Virus record (IMG/VR): IMGVR_UViG_3300048927_000480
Location: 1 to 60,386 of that record
Strand: one strand, 5' to 3'
Source of the DNA: a virus
Length of the DNA stretch: 60,386 bases
Shown here: piece after piece, positions 24,673-34,451 of the stretch
Layout: the number at the start of each line of letters is the position of its first letter
How positions within the stretch are numbered: the first letter of the stretch is position 1
Position numbers and translations under genes: made by a program
The notes under the pieces: model-generated
Database searches by the model: none
Told to the model about the DNA's origin: nothing
Seen by the model: the letters and a program-made list of their open reading frames with translations, nothing else

Positions 24673-25851
24673 ATGAGCATCGAGGTCCTCTCGCCGGTCA
24701 GCACGGCCAAGGCCGTCGAGCTCGCGCGCGGGAAGTACAAGAAGCAGATCCTCCCGCTCACCGAGATCGCGTACAACGGCAAGACGAAGAAATTCGACAT
24801 GCCGTATCTCCGCCGCGTTGTCGAGGCATTCAACAAGGGCGCTTATCCCTACGCGCCTGTGAAACTGGCGCCTGCGGACAACGCGCACACGCAGGATGTC
24901 CTGCGCACCGGCGGCCGGGTTGTCGGCTTGGAACTGTCCAAGACGGACGGTCTCGTGGCAACCCTCGAGCTCAACGACGACGGCACGAAAGCCGTCGAGC
25001 TGAGCGATGGCATGGTGCCGGTCTCCGTGCGAATGATCGAGAACCTCGAGCACTCCGACGGCGCCACATTCCCTGTCGCGCTGCACCACGTGCTGATCAC
25101 CGACGATCCTAACGTCCGGAACCAGGGTCCCTGGAAATCCATCGATTTGTCCGCCGACGCCGGCCGGGACGGCGTCACCGAAACCATCGACCTGAGCGCC
25201 GAGCGATTCGGCACGGAGGAGACCATGACCGACACGAAGGCCAAGGTCGAGCTGAAGCTCACCGAGGCACAGCAGACGGCGCTCATCGAGCTCGCCGCCG
25301 AGCACGAGGAGCTCAAGGAGCTCAACCTCAAGCCCGAGGACTTCGAGGCCCCCGGTGACGAGGAGGACGAGGACGCGGACGCGGAAGAAGACGACGAGGG
25401 TGACGGCACCGAGACCACTCCGGCGGCACCCGTCACCAAGGTCCCGGCCACCGTCGGCCTGAGCCGCGACGCGACCGCCGCCATCGAGCTGGCCCAGGCC
25501 GACGCCTCGGCCGCCCGCGCCGAGACCATCGAGCTCAGCCGCAGGCTCCGGGCCGCCGAAGTCCAGCGCGAGGTCGAGAGCTGGGAGAACAAGGGCCTCG
25601 CTCCCTCGCTGATCGCCCTGGCCCGGCCGGCTCTCGAAGCCCCCGCGGTCATCGAGCTGTCGAACGGCAAGAAGACCGACGCCGGCGCCGTTGTCCGCGG
25701 CCTGCTCACCGAGATGGTCGAGCTGGCCAAGCGCGGTGAGGACGTCATCGAGCTCGGGATGCTTTCGGGTGCGCTGCTGGCGGACCCGGAGATCCAGCAG
25801 TCCACAATGGACGCGCAGCTCGCGTCCCTGCGCCAGCAGTTCGACAGCTGA
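24673..25851 (+). CDS. Scaffolding protein, possibly with an N-terminal Mu gpI-like protease domain (392 aa)
   Basis: Acidic central stretch (EDEDADAEEDDEGD) and coiled-coil C-terminus. Position just upstream of the decoration and capsid genes. The protease assignment is tentative. Confidence 0.6.
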   Translation: MSIEVLSPVSTAKAVELARGKYKKQILPLTEIAYNGKTKKFDMPYLRRVVEAFNKGAYPYAPVKLAPADNAHTQDVLRTGGRVVGLELSKTDGLVATLELNDDGTKAVELSDGMVPVSVRMIENLEHSDGATFPVALHHVLITDDPNVRNQGPWKSIDLSADAGRDGVTETIDLSAERFGTEETMTDTKAKVELKLTEAQQTALIELAAEHEELKELNLKPEDFEAPGDEEDEDADAEEDDEGDGTETTPAAPVTKVPATVGLSRDATAAIELAQADASAARAETIELSRRLRAAEVQREVESWENKGLAPSLIALARPALEAPAVIELSNGKKTDAGAVVRGLLTEMVELAKRGEDVIELGMLSGALLADPEIQQSTMDAQLASLRQQFDS

Positions 25852-25867
25852 GACAAGGAGAAACTTC

Positions 25868-26326
25868 ATGCCGACCGTAGTCCAGGCGAAGATCCGGTTC
25901 GGTCCGGACACCTACCAAGTGTCCGATGCCGCCACGCCGGGCGCCAACGCCATCGACGGGGGTCTGCTCGTCGAGTTCGACGGCGTCACCGGTAAGATCA
26001 AGCAGGCCGTCGTCGACTCCACCAAGTGGCTCGGCGTCGCGCTCTACCCGGGAATGTCCGCCGCGAACCAGAGCACCAGCCTCACGGTGCCGTCCGGATA
26101 CCCGGGGTTCATCGTGGACCACTTGCCGGAGGAAGTCGCAGTTGCCTGGGTCGGCGAATATCCGCTCCTCGCAACGAACGCCGTACTGGCGCAGGGGGAC
26201 CTCGTCTACCCGGGTGCCAACGGAAAGATCCAGAAGGCCACCACCACAGGACGAGCCGTCGGCATCGTTCTCGAGCCTGGTGGCATCGCCGCAAACGGTC
26301 GCGGACTCGTCCGCCTTTTCCAGTAA
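25868..26326 (+). CDS. Head decoration protein, DUF2190-like (152 aa)
   Basis: ATG 25868 after AAGGAG. Gly/Val-rich beta-type sequence. Position between scaffold and major capsid. Confidence 0.55.
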   Translation: MPTVVQAKIRFGPDTYQVSDAATPGANAIDGGLLVEFDGVTGKIKQAVVDSTKWLGVALYPGMSAANQSTSLTVPSGYPGFIVDHLPEEVAVAWVGEYPLLATNAVLAQGDLVYPGANGKIQKATTTGRAVGIVLEPGGIAANGRGLVRLFQ

Positions 26327-26336
26327 GGAGGACGGG

Positions 26337-27275
26337 ATGCCCGCAGCTGTTTCCGCTGGCATGTACTCGCAGCAGGGTCTGCGTGTCGCGGTCAACGACT
26401 ACATCAAGAACCCGAAGCTCATCCAGGCGCGGATGCTGGACATCGCGCGCAACCAGTTCATCATGGAGGACATCCTCCGTGACGCTGGTGGCAACGACTC
26501 CGGTGTCATCCGGTACGAGCAGGACAGCCCGCTCTTCGCCGACAGCGACCCCTTGATCGTCGCCGAAGGCGCCGAGATCCCGCTGCTTACCGGTGGCGAC
26601 GGTCTTCCGAAGGCCGCGTTCACCGTCAAGTACGGTGCCGCGATCGAGATCACGCGCGAAGCGCGGTCCCGCAACAAGGTCGACCAGGTCGACAAGCGGA
26701 TGAAGCAGGTCCGCAACAGCTTCACCCGGCTCTACGAGAAGCTGCTCTTCAGCGCACTCTCCAACGCCGGCTGCCCGACGATGCCCGCCAGCGCGGCCTG
26801 GGACATTCCGACCACGAACATCCGCACCGACGTCATCACCGCAACGTCGGCGGTCCGGGAAGCGAACCAGAGCGGCGCAACCGCCGGGCCGGGCGTCGAG
26901 GACTACCTCGGGTTCGACCCGGACGCGCTCGTCATGTCGACGCGGACGAGGGATCTGTTCTTCGCGAACGACTCCGTCATCGACATCTACGGCAACGGCT
27001 TCACCTACGACACCAAGAACCCGGTCTACACCGGCACGCTCGAGAACGACTTCGTCGGGCTGCGCGTGCTCGTGAGCCGGTTCATGCCCGACAACGAGGT
27101 CTGGGTGATGGAGCGAAAGACCGTCGGCGGCTGGTCGGACGAATACCCGTTCGCCGTCGAGCCGCTCTACCCGGACAAGCCGCGACAGGTGTGGCGCACT
27201 GACGTCACCCGGCGCACGGCCATCTTCATCGATCAGCCGAAGGCCGCCATCAAGATCACGGGGGTGAACCCGTAA
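26337..27275 (+). CDS. Major capsid protein (312 aa)
   Basis: ATG 26337 after TAAGGAGG. Size and position fit; resembles Mu gpT / E-like capsid proteins by eye. Confidence 0.75.
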   Translation: MPAAVSAGMYSQQGLRVAVNDYIKNPKLIQARMLDIARNQFIMEDILRDAGGNDSGVIRYEQDSPLFADSDPLIVAEGAEIPLLTGGDGLPKAAFTVKYGAAIEITREARSRNKVDQVDKRMKQVRNSFTRLYEKLLFSALSNAGCPTMPASAAWDIPTTNIRTDVITATSAVREANQSGATAGPGVEDYLGFDPDALVMSTRTRDLFFANDSVIDIYGNGFTYDTKNPVYTGTLENDFVGLRVLVSRFMPDNEVWVMERKTVGGWSDEYPFAVEPLYPDKPRQVWRTDVTRRTAIFIDQPKAAIKITGVNP

Positions 27276-27706
27276 TGCCGCTTCCCACCACCACGCCCGC
27301 GGACATCGAAACGGATCCGCGTAAGGAGTACGTGGTCAAGTCCGCCGTGCTGCCGGTCATCGTGGGCGTCAATCCGCGTACCGGCATCGACCGGTGCCGG
27401 CGCTTCCGTCGGGGTGATCGTGCCCCCCTCACCGTCGAGCAGGCCGAGCGGTTCCTCGAGCTGGACGCGGTGTTCGACCCGGACGAGAAGACACCTGAGC
27501 AGGACGCCGCCGAGACCGAGCGGCACGAGGAGACCGAGCGGCTCACGCGCAAGCAGGCGCTGCTCAAGGAAGCCGGCGAGCTCGGGCTGGAAGTCAACGA
27601 CAAGATGACGATCCCGCAGCTCGAAGCTGTCGTCGAGGAGAAGAAGGCCACTCTCGCCGATGGCCCGGCCGACGGCACTGGCGGCCCGGACCCGGACGCG
27701 AAGTAG
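27275..27706 (+). CDS. Hypothetical protein (143 aa)
   Basis: TAATG overlap with the capsid gene. Acidic C-terminal half. Confidence 0.65.
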   Translation: MPLPTTTPADIETDPRKEYVVKSAVLPVIVGVNPRTGIDRCRRFRRGDRAPLTVEQAERFLELDAVFDPDEKTPEQDAAETERHEETERLTRKQALLKEAGELGLEVNDKMTIPQLEAVVEEKKATLADGPADGTGGPDPDAK

Positions 27707-27715
27707 GAGACGACG

Positions 27716-28225
27716 ATGCCCGGCTACTGCACGGCGGAGGACGTCATCGACGTGCTCACGCGTGACGCTGCGCAGGTCACGGGCAACGCCGCCTCGATCG
27801 ACAGGGAGGCCGTCGACAAGTCCATTCAGGACGCTCAGGCGGAAATCGACTCCAGGCTCGCTCGCAAGTACACGGTGCCGTTCAACCCGGTACCGCCACT
27901 TGTAGCCAGCCTCGCGCAGGACATCGCGGCCTACCTCGCGGATCTCATCTTCCGGGAGAATCGCGACTACTCCACCGAGCTGAGCCCGATCTACCTGCGT
28001 TACCAGCGCGCCCAGGCTCAGCTCGGCCGGCTGCAGACCGGCGAAGCCGTCATCCCGCCGGACAGCAGCGACCCGGAAAACCCCCCGGAAACGGGAACGG
28101 GGATCCGGGTCGCTGCCGCCTACAGCCGCGGCCCGCTCGTCACCGGGTGCGAGTTCGACATCCAGGTCGGCTGCCTGCCCACTCCGGCTCCATTTTGGAC
28201 TCCCGAGGGTTGGGGGATTCACTGA
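27716..28225 (+). CDS. Head-tail connector/adaptor, DUF1320 (Mu gp36)-like (169 aa)
   Basis: N-terminal YCTAEDV..L pattern and position after the capsid gene. Confidence 0.55.
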   Translation: MPGYCTAEDVIDVLTRDAAQVTGNAASIDREAVDKSIQDAQAEIDSRLARKYTVPFNPVPPLVASLAQDIAAYLADLIFRENRDYSTELSPIYLRYQRAQAQLGRLQTGEAVIPPDSSDPENPPETGTGIRVAAAYSRGPLVTGCEFDIQVGCLPTPAPFWTPEGWGIH

Positions 28226-28716
28226 TGGCCAACTACACCCGCCCCGGCATGGCCGGCAGCACGAGCCCCGGCAACTTCGAGAGTCGTATGCGCGAGCTGG
28301 GTCGGCTCGTTGGTAACGGGAAAATCACCACCGTTGTCCGGGGTGATCAGGCCTACATGCGGCGCCAGCACCAGAACCCGCTCTACGCGCACCCACGCGG
28401 CGGTGGACCCTTCTTCCTGCACAACCCATTCATGGCCTTGCACAGGGTTCACATCCAGCGAGTAGCGCAGGAACTGTTCCGCGGCAACACGCAAGTGCTC
28501 TACATCCGCTTCGGCGAGGACGTCGCCCAGCGTGCATCCCAGGAGGCCCCGACGGAGCTGGGCAACCTGCGCCGGTCGTTCTCTGTCGTCGTGAAGGTCG
28601 GCGGCCGCAGCATCTATCGCCGTGATGCTGCACAGCGTCGGCTCACCCGAGCCGAGCTGAACAGCCGCATCCGGTTGCGCCATATCGAAGCGCTCAAGAA
28701 GCGGTTCAACTCATGA
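28225..28716 (+). CDS. Head-tail joining protein, hypothetical (163 aa)
   Basis: TGATG overlap with the upstream CDS. Synteny only. Confidence 0.6.
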   Translation: MANYTRPGMAGSTSPGNFESRMRELGRLVGNGKITTVVRGDQAYMRRQHQNPLYAHPRGGGPFFLHNPFMALHRVHIQRVAQELFRGNTQVLYIRFGEDVAQRASQEAPTELGNLRRSFSVVVKVGGRSIYRRDAAQRRLTRAELNSRIRLRHIEALKKRFNS

Positions 28717-29111
28717 TCGCGACACAGGCGGTGGCGGACTGGCTCAACGTCCAGGACTTCGGGTTCCCGATGCACTGGCGACCTGGGCCGGAGCAGCTCG
28801 AGTTTGACGTCAACAACACCTCGGCAACGGTGACGCGTACCGGCGGAGACGGTTTGCTCGCAGAGGGAACTGAGGACGACTACACGCTCCTCCTGCTCGT
28901 GCGCAGTGGACGGGAGCGGCTTGGTGAGCTCGAAGCGGCAGCCGACCGTATCGACACGGCGCTGCTCAAGATCGGTAACGAGATGATCTGGGGCACGTAC
29001 GTGCAGTTCGTCGACCGGCTCGGCGCCCCGCCGTTGCCGGACTACGAGTCCCCCGAGCGCGTGCTCATGGGAGCCCAGTACCAAGTCAGAGAAGGACGTG
29101 AAAATGGCTGA
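28713..29111 (+). CDS. Head-tail joining / tail terminator-like protein, hypothetical (132 aa)
   Basis: ATGA overlap with the upstream CDS. Synteny only. Confidence 0.6.
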   Translation: MIATQAVADWLNVQDFGFPMHWRPGPEQLEFDVNNTSATVTRTGGDGLLAEGTEDDYTLLLLVRSGRERLGELEAAADRIDTALLKIGNEMIWGTYVQFVDRLGAPPLPDYESPERVLMGAQYQVREGRENG

Positions 29112-29436
29112 CGAAACGCGGCTCGTCCGCACCGCGGGGGTGGCGGGAGAGTTTCGGCTCCCGGGCCTCCTGAACACGCCGGAAGGTCCCGCCGACCTGG
29201 TCATCACACCGGAGGGTACCGAGGTCACGCAGGAGCAGTGGCTCGCCGTGGCCGAGGCAGCCACCGTGAACCACGTCATCGTGCGCCTCGACGAGGAGTT
29301 CCCCGTCGCGGTCGCCGAGACGCAGGCGCCGCCTCCGGGCGCTGGCGAAGAGAACAAGATCGAGGACACCGGGACCGCCGTCGATGGCGCCGAAACGCCG
29401 CCGTCGAGCACCGGGTCGACGCGAAAGGGCCGGTGA
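29104..29436 (+). CDS. Hypothetical structural-module protein (110 aa)
   Basis: ATG 29104 with GAAGGA 9 nt upstream. Overlaps the upstream stop by 8 nt. Confidence 0.6.
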   Translation: MADETRLVRTAGVAGEFRLPGLLNTPEGPADLVITPEGTEVTQEQWLAVAEAATVNHVIVRLDEEFPVAVAETQAPPPGAGEENKIEDTGTAVDGAETPPSSTGSTRKGR

Positions 29437-29439
29437 CCC

Positions 29440-30051
29440 ATGCCGAACCAGGTACAGCCCGCGTACACGCGGCAGAACGTGCTCGTCGGCCAGGCGCGCA
29501 TGTTCCTGCAGAAGATCGTCACTGGCAGCGTCCCGGCGCTCCCGGCCGACACGGTCGCGCTCGGCGGTGCGTGGCCGTCTGCCGGCGCGAACATCTGGGT
29601 CCCGGTAGGCGCGACCTCCGAAGGCCTCAACTTCCGGTTCCAGCGCTCGACCCAGGACGTCAATGTCGAGGAGCAGCTGACTCCGGTCCAGGTGAACACC
29701 ACTGGTCTGGACATCTCGATGGAGATGGTCCTCTCCGAAGACACCCTCGAGACCATGGTCACCGCATACGGCGGTGGCTCGATCGTCACCGTCGCCGCGG
29801 CCACAGGCATCATCGGCAAGAAGACGCTGACCATCGGCAGCGACTTGGACAACTACGCCTTCGGCTTCGAGACCCAGAACCAGTTCGGATTCTTCCGACG
29901 GGTGCTCGTCCCGAGTGTCGTGTCCGTCGGCCAGGCCGAGACGCTCTACCGCCGGGCGCAGGACGCACGCCGTTACGCGGTGAGCTTGCGTGTGCTCTGC
30001 GCGCCGGAGGAGATCATCACCCTCGACAAGACTGCCAACGCACTGCCGTGA
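29440..30051 (+). CDS. Major tail protein (203 aa)
   Basis: Size and position immediately upstream of the G/G-T chaperone pair and tape measure gene. Confidence 0.7.
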   Translation: MPNQVQPAYTRQNVLVGQARMFLQKIVTGSVPALPADTVALGGAWPSAGANIWVPVGATSEGLNFRFQRSTQDVNVEEQLTPVQVNTTGLDISMEMVLSEDTLETMVTAYGGGSIVTVAAATGIIGKKTLTIGSDLDNYAFGFETQNQFGFFRRVLVPSVVSVGQAETLYRRAQDARRYAVSLRVLCAPEEIITLDKTANALP

Positions 30052-30144
30052 TGAACGCAACCCGCGGTCGTGGCCCGACACCGCGGCCGCGGGTTTGCTT
30101 GGCCGCGTACTGAAGATCGCTACCAACGACACCAGGAGCACAAC

Positions 30145-30618
30145 ATGGCGTTCAACGTCACCGATGTCGTCGAACCGATGGACTGGGACTTCACCGATAC
30201 CACGGTGGTTCGTGATGCCACCGCGGACGACAAGGGCCGGATCCCCGAACCATCCACCGAGATGGTCGATCTCTTCCGCGCACGCTACTACGGGCTGTTC
30301 GAGCAGCTGAACAAGGCCGAGGTCAACACCGAGGTCCGTGACGCCGAGACCCGGCTGGAAGCAGCCGAGCGCATCCTCGAAGAGGCCCGCAAACCCCTGA
30401 GCGACCGGATCGAGAAGTGGGCTGCGGACACCGCGGAGCCCGACAAGAACGCGCAACTCATCGACGAAGAGATGATCCGTATCGTCGCCGATGTCTGCGG
30501 CGGCTGCCCCACCGAGGCTCAGTTGCGCAAGCTCCCGAGCCGGCACTTCCGCGCCTTTTGCAGGTGGCTGAACAACGAGCTCGAAGCCCCAAAATTCAAC
30601 TTCGCCGGGAGGCCCTGA
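30145..30618 (+). CDS. Tail assembly chaperone (gpG-like, 157 aa)
   Basis: ATG 30145 after AGGAG. Acidic. Contains the CCCAAAA slippery site near its 3' end. Confidence 0.8.
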   Translation: MAFNVTDVVEPMDWDFTDTTVVRDATADDKGRIPEPSTEMVDLFRARYYGLFEQLNKAEVNTEVRDAETRLEAAERILEEARKPLSDRIEKWAADTAEPDKNAQLIDEEMIRIVADVCGGCPTEAQLRKLPSRHFRAFCRWLNNELEAPKFNFAGRP

Positions 30619-30905
30619 CCGCGCTCTACGGACCGGAGCGCGACCGGCGCGTACTCTACATGGTCCGCAGACACTGCAACCTCGGCGTGGACGAGTTCCA
30701 GGCTCTTAGGTGGGAGGAGCAGGAACTCATCCGCGAGGGATTGCTCCAGGAGTTCAGCCCCGATCGCTGGAAGGAGGAGATGGCCCGGTTGGGAGTGGGC
30801 GAAGAGACCACGGCGGCGGATGAGGTGGATTACCGCGAGGACAACAGCCTCGATGCGTTGGCGGACATTCTGCCAGGGGTCGGTTTCACGGTGAGGACGG
30901 TGTAG
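30145..30905 (+). CDS. Tail assembly chaperone frameshift product (gpGT-like): join(30145..30594,30594..30905)
   Basis: A -1 slip on C_CCA_AAA (30588-30594) joins the G frame to the open frame that runs to 30905 (..APK/IQLRREALTALYGPE..). Confidence 0.75.
30588..30594 (+). promoter_or_regulatory. Programmed -1 ribosomal frameshift slippery heptamer CCCAAAA
   Basis: X_XXY_YYZ pattern in the correct register of the G frame (GCC CCA AAA TTC). Confidence 0.75.
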
Positions 30906-30908
30906 CGG

Positions 30909-33900
30909 ATGGCGACGTTCGACGCGGGCAAGATCGAGGCCACCGCAACACTCGACCGGACGCCGTTTCAGCGCAGCCTCGACGCCGCGATCCGCGAAGG
31001 AAAGGCGCTCGACGGCCGCACCTTCACCGCGATCGCTGACCTCGACTACCGCCAGTTGGGCAAGAAGCTTGGGATCGCTGAGGCCCAGCTGTCCGAGTTC
31101 GCCCGCAAGAAGTACACCGCCAAGATCGACGCTGACCGCTCCGGTGTCCGTGCGGCGGTCGACGCGGCGTCTCGGGATCTCGACCGGGTAGGAGGAGGCC
31201 GCGGTGTCCACCTGCGCGCTGACCTCGACAACGGTCCCGTGCTGCAGAAGCTGCAGCAGATCGAGCAGGCGGCGAACAGGACCGCGGACTCCATCGGGTC
31301 CGGGTTCACGAGCAAGTTCCAGAAGATCAAGTTCACGTCGATCTTCGCTGGCATCACCCTCGGTGCCGCGGCCGCGGGCCCGCTGCTCACCGGTCTCGCC
31401 GGCGGACTCGGCGCGGTCATCGTCTCCGCGCACGGGCTCGGAGACGCGCTCAAGGCCTACTCCAAGGATCAGAAGGACGCCGACAAGGTCGCCGCCCAGG
31501 GCGCGTCGACCGCGCGCTCCAACGCCACGGCACTACGCAATGCCAGCGAGGCCGTCGAGGACGCCCGGCGGGCGGCCGGTCGCGCCGCCGAGGACAGCGC
31601 TGAACGGGCATCTCAGGCCGCCAAGAACGAGGTCCGCGCCGCGCAGGACGTCGTCGATGCGCAGAAGGCGATCGCCGCGGCGCGGAAGGAAGCCACCCGG
31701 GCGCTCGAAGATGCCCAGGAAAAGGTCCGCGACTTCGCGCTCGACCTGAACGGCGCCATCATCGCCGAGAAGCGCGCCGAAGAAGACCGGAAGAAGGTCT
31801 TCGAGGACGGTACCAGCACCGACCTGGACAAGGCCGAAGCACAGCAGCGTGTCGCCGAAGCCATCGAGCGCGTCAACGATCTCACCGACGAGCACCGCCG
31901 GAACCTCGAAGACCTCAACGAGCTCCAGGCCAAAGGCGTCGAGGGCAGTGACCAGGTCAGCAATGCCAAGAGGCAGGAATCCGACGCCGAGCAACGTCTC
32001 GTCGAGGCGATCCACGAGTCCGACCTGGCCCGCCGTGACGCGCAGAGATCCCAGGAAGACGCGGCGCGCAACATCGCTCGGGCGCTCCAGAACCTGAAAG
32101 ATATTCAGGACCAGCAAGGCGAAGCCGCGGCCGCCGCAGCCGCGAAGAACGATGCTTTCGCCGACGCGATGGAGAAACTCTCGCCGGCCGGCCAGCGTGT
32201 AGTCAAGACGCTGCTCGCGCTGAAGGACAACTACGACCGGCTCACCGGTGAAACCCAGGCCGCTGTATTCCCAGGCCTCATGCGCATGCTCGACGCCCTG
32301 CCGGATATCGAATCCGAGGTCACTGGCGGGTTCAAGGCGATCGGCGGTGCGCTCTCCGACGTCGGCGACGACGCCACGGACCTGATCAAGAACCCGCTCT
32401 TCCAGGGTCAGCTGGAGCAGGCCTTCGAGAACGCCGCCCCCATCGTCCGCGGCGTCGGCGACACAGTGCTCGACCTGCTCGCCGACCTGGTCAAGTTCGG
32501 GTCCACCAGCCAGCCGATCGTCGAGGGCACCGTCGACGCCTTCGGCTCGCTTGAGGACGGCGTCGACCGCTTCTTCACCAACATCCAGCCCCAGAGCCGC
32601 GCAGCCGGGCAGACGATCTCCAGCTTCGGCCAGATCGTCGAGGACGTGCTCGGCGGTGCCGGCACGATCACCGCTCAGTTCTTCGACGAATGGGCCCAGG
32701 CCCGCAGCCACATCGAACCCGTGGTCCGCGAAGTCATCGACGTGCTCAGTGAATTCACTGGTGGTGGATTCGACGCGTTCGGCGACGACATGAAGATCGT
32801 CCTCGACGTGTTCAACGGCGCGCTGCACGTCATCGAACCCGTCGCCAAGATCCTTGGTGGGGTCGCTGGTGACGTGCTCGCAGCCAACCTTGCGTTCAAG
32901 CTCTTCGCTGGTCCCCTGGGCAAAGTCGTTGAGCTGTACGGGAAGCTCAAGCCGGCGAACATTGCTGCGTCACTTACCAGCTCGCTGCCTGCGTTCCTGC
33001 GTGCCGATACGACTATCGATTCGGTGACAGGCAAGATCACCAAAAACACCGACGGGCTGAGCAAAAACCAGATTGCGTGGAGCAAGGTAGGCTCCAAGGT
33101 CGCGGACGCAGGGAAGTACATCCCGCTCATCGGCCTTGCCATTGCCGGAGTTTCCGAGATCATCGACCAGTCGGTGCCGGATCTGGATGAGCTGGCTCAG
33201 GGCCTGCTCGACGGTGGCAAAGCCGCGGTCGACGCATCGAACCAGTTCCGCGATCTGCGCGAAGGCACAGCTGGCTTCTTTGACGTTTTCTTCGGTGACT
33301 CTGAAAAGGACGTTCGCGCCAAAGCCAAGCAGCTCTACGACGCAATGACTCCGCTGCAGCAGGCGCAGCAACGGAACACCAAGGCTGCCAACGACTACCA
33401 ATATGCGCTAAAAACCTTCGGCGATCAAAGCATCGTTACCCGAGAAGCGGCCGAGAAGTATCGGATCACCACGCAAGACGTGAAGCAGGCTCAGTACGAG
33501 GCTGAGCAGGCTACCAAGAGCCACACCGAAAAGATCCGCGACCAGCAGGACGCGATGCTGGCGTCGGCGGGCAGCCAGGTCTCTTATGAGCGCGCCCAGA
33601 TCCGTGTCAAAGAGGCCCAGGACAACCTCAACACCGCGATCAAGGAGCACGGCGCCAATAGCAAGGAAGCACAGGACGCAGAGCTGGAATACCGGCAAGC
33701 GCTCATTGACTCGGTCACGGCGGCGCAGTCCTTGGCCGACGCCAACAACTCGCTGCTCTCTCCCGCGGACCAGTTGAACGGTCGCATCAAGGCAGTCAAT
33801 GATCAGCTAGTTACTCTTGCCGTCCAGGCCGGCACCGCGCTGCCGGCCGAGCTCCAGTCGATGATTAACAAGATGACTGACTCCGGGCTCGCTGCTTACG

Positions 33901-34451
33901 GTGTCACGGTCAACGTTGACGAGATGGGCAACAAGATCCTCTCCCTCCCGCCGGGCAAAGAGCTGCACTTCCCCACCGATGCGAAGCAGGCCACCGACGC
34001 CATGTATGGGCTTGGTGACGCGATCGGTTACGTGGACCGTTCGTACCAGGGTTGGATGAACAGCTACATCAACTTGATCAAGACTATGATCAACAACCCG
34101 GTTCCTGATGCAGGCACTGGCCTCGGCACGCCGGCGGGGTTCGGGTTCCTCGGCCACCGTGCCGGTGGCGGACCCTTCGTCCCGAACCAGCCCACCGTTG
34201 TCGGCGAACAGGGCCCTGAGCTTGTGTTCCCGGACCGCGCCGCCTTCGTAGCCACGGCTGCGCAGAGCAAGGCCATCCTCAACGGTGTAGCGCTGGCTAG
34301 CAACGGCGCGACCCGGACCGACAACTCAGACGTCGTCGGTGCTATTTACGCGCTCATGGGGATGTTCGCCGCAGGCCTGCGCGCGGAGTTCGACTCGAGC
34401 AGTCTCGAGACCGGGCTCATCCGAGCCCAGCGGCGAAGGGACAGTCGCTGA
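30909..34451 (+). CDS. Tape measure protein (1180 aa)
   Basis: Longest ORF. Ala/Gln/Glu-rich coiled-coil character. Located directly after G/G-T. Confidence 0.9.
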   Translation: MATFDAGKIEATATLDRTPFQRSLDAAIREGKALDGRTFTAIADLDYRQLGKKLGIAEAQLSEFARKKYTAKIDADRSGVRAAVDAASRDLDRVGGGRGVHLRADLDNGPVLQKLQQIEQAANRTADSIGSGFTSKFQKIKFTSIFAGITLGAAAAGPLLTGLAGGLGAVIVSAHGLGDALKAYSKDQKDADKVAAQGASTARSNATALRNASEAVEDARRAAGRAAEDSAERASQAAKNEVRAAQDVVDAQKAIAAARKEATRALEDAQEKVRDFALDLNGAIIAEKRAEEDRKKVFEDGTSTDLDKAEAQQRVAEAIERVNDLTDEHRRNLEDLNELQAKGVEGSDQVSNAKRQESDAEQRLVEAIHESDLARRDAQRSQEDAARNIARALQNLKDIQDQQGEAAAAAAAKNDAFADAMEKLSPAGQRVVKTLLALKDNYDRLTGETQAAVFPGLMRMLDALPDIESEVTGGFKAIGGALSDVGDDATDLIKNPLFQGQLEQAFENAAPIVRGVGDTVLDLLADLVKFGSTSQPIVEGTVDAFGSLEDGVDRFFTNIQPQSRAAGQTISSFGQIVEDVLGGAGTITAQFFDEWAQARSHIEPVVREVIDVLSEFTGGGFDAFGDDMKIVLDVFNGALHVIEPVAKILGGVAGDVLAANLAFKLFAGPLGKVVELYGKLKPANIAASLTSSLPAFLRADTTIDSVTGKITKNTDGLSKNQIAWSKVGSKVADAGKYIPLIGLAIAGVSEIIDQSVPDLDELAQGLLDGGKAAVDASNQFRDLREGTAGFFDVFFGDSEKDVRAKAKQLYDAMTPLQQAQQRNTKAANDYQYALKTFGDQSIVTREAAEKYRITTQDVKQAQYEAEQATKSHTEKIRDQQDAMLASAGSQVSYERAQIRVKEAQDNLNTAIKEHGANSKEAQDAELEYRQALIDSVTAAQSLADANNSLLSPADQLNGRIKAVNDQLVTLAVQAGTALPAELQSMINKMTDSGLAAYGVTVNVDEMGNKILSLPPGKELHFPTDAKQATDAMYGLGDAIGYVDRSYQGWMNSYINLIKTMINNPVPDAGTGLGTPAGFGFLGHRAGGGPFVPNQPTVVGEQGPELVFPDRAAFVATAAQSKAILNGVALASNGATRTDNSDVVGAIYALMGMFAAGLRAEFDSSSLETGLIRAQRRRDSR

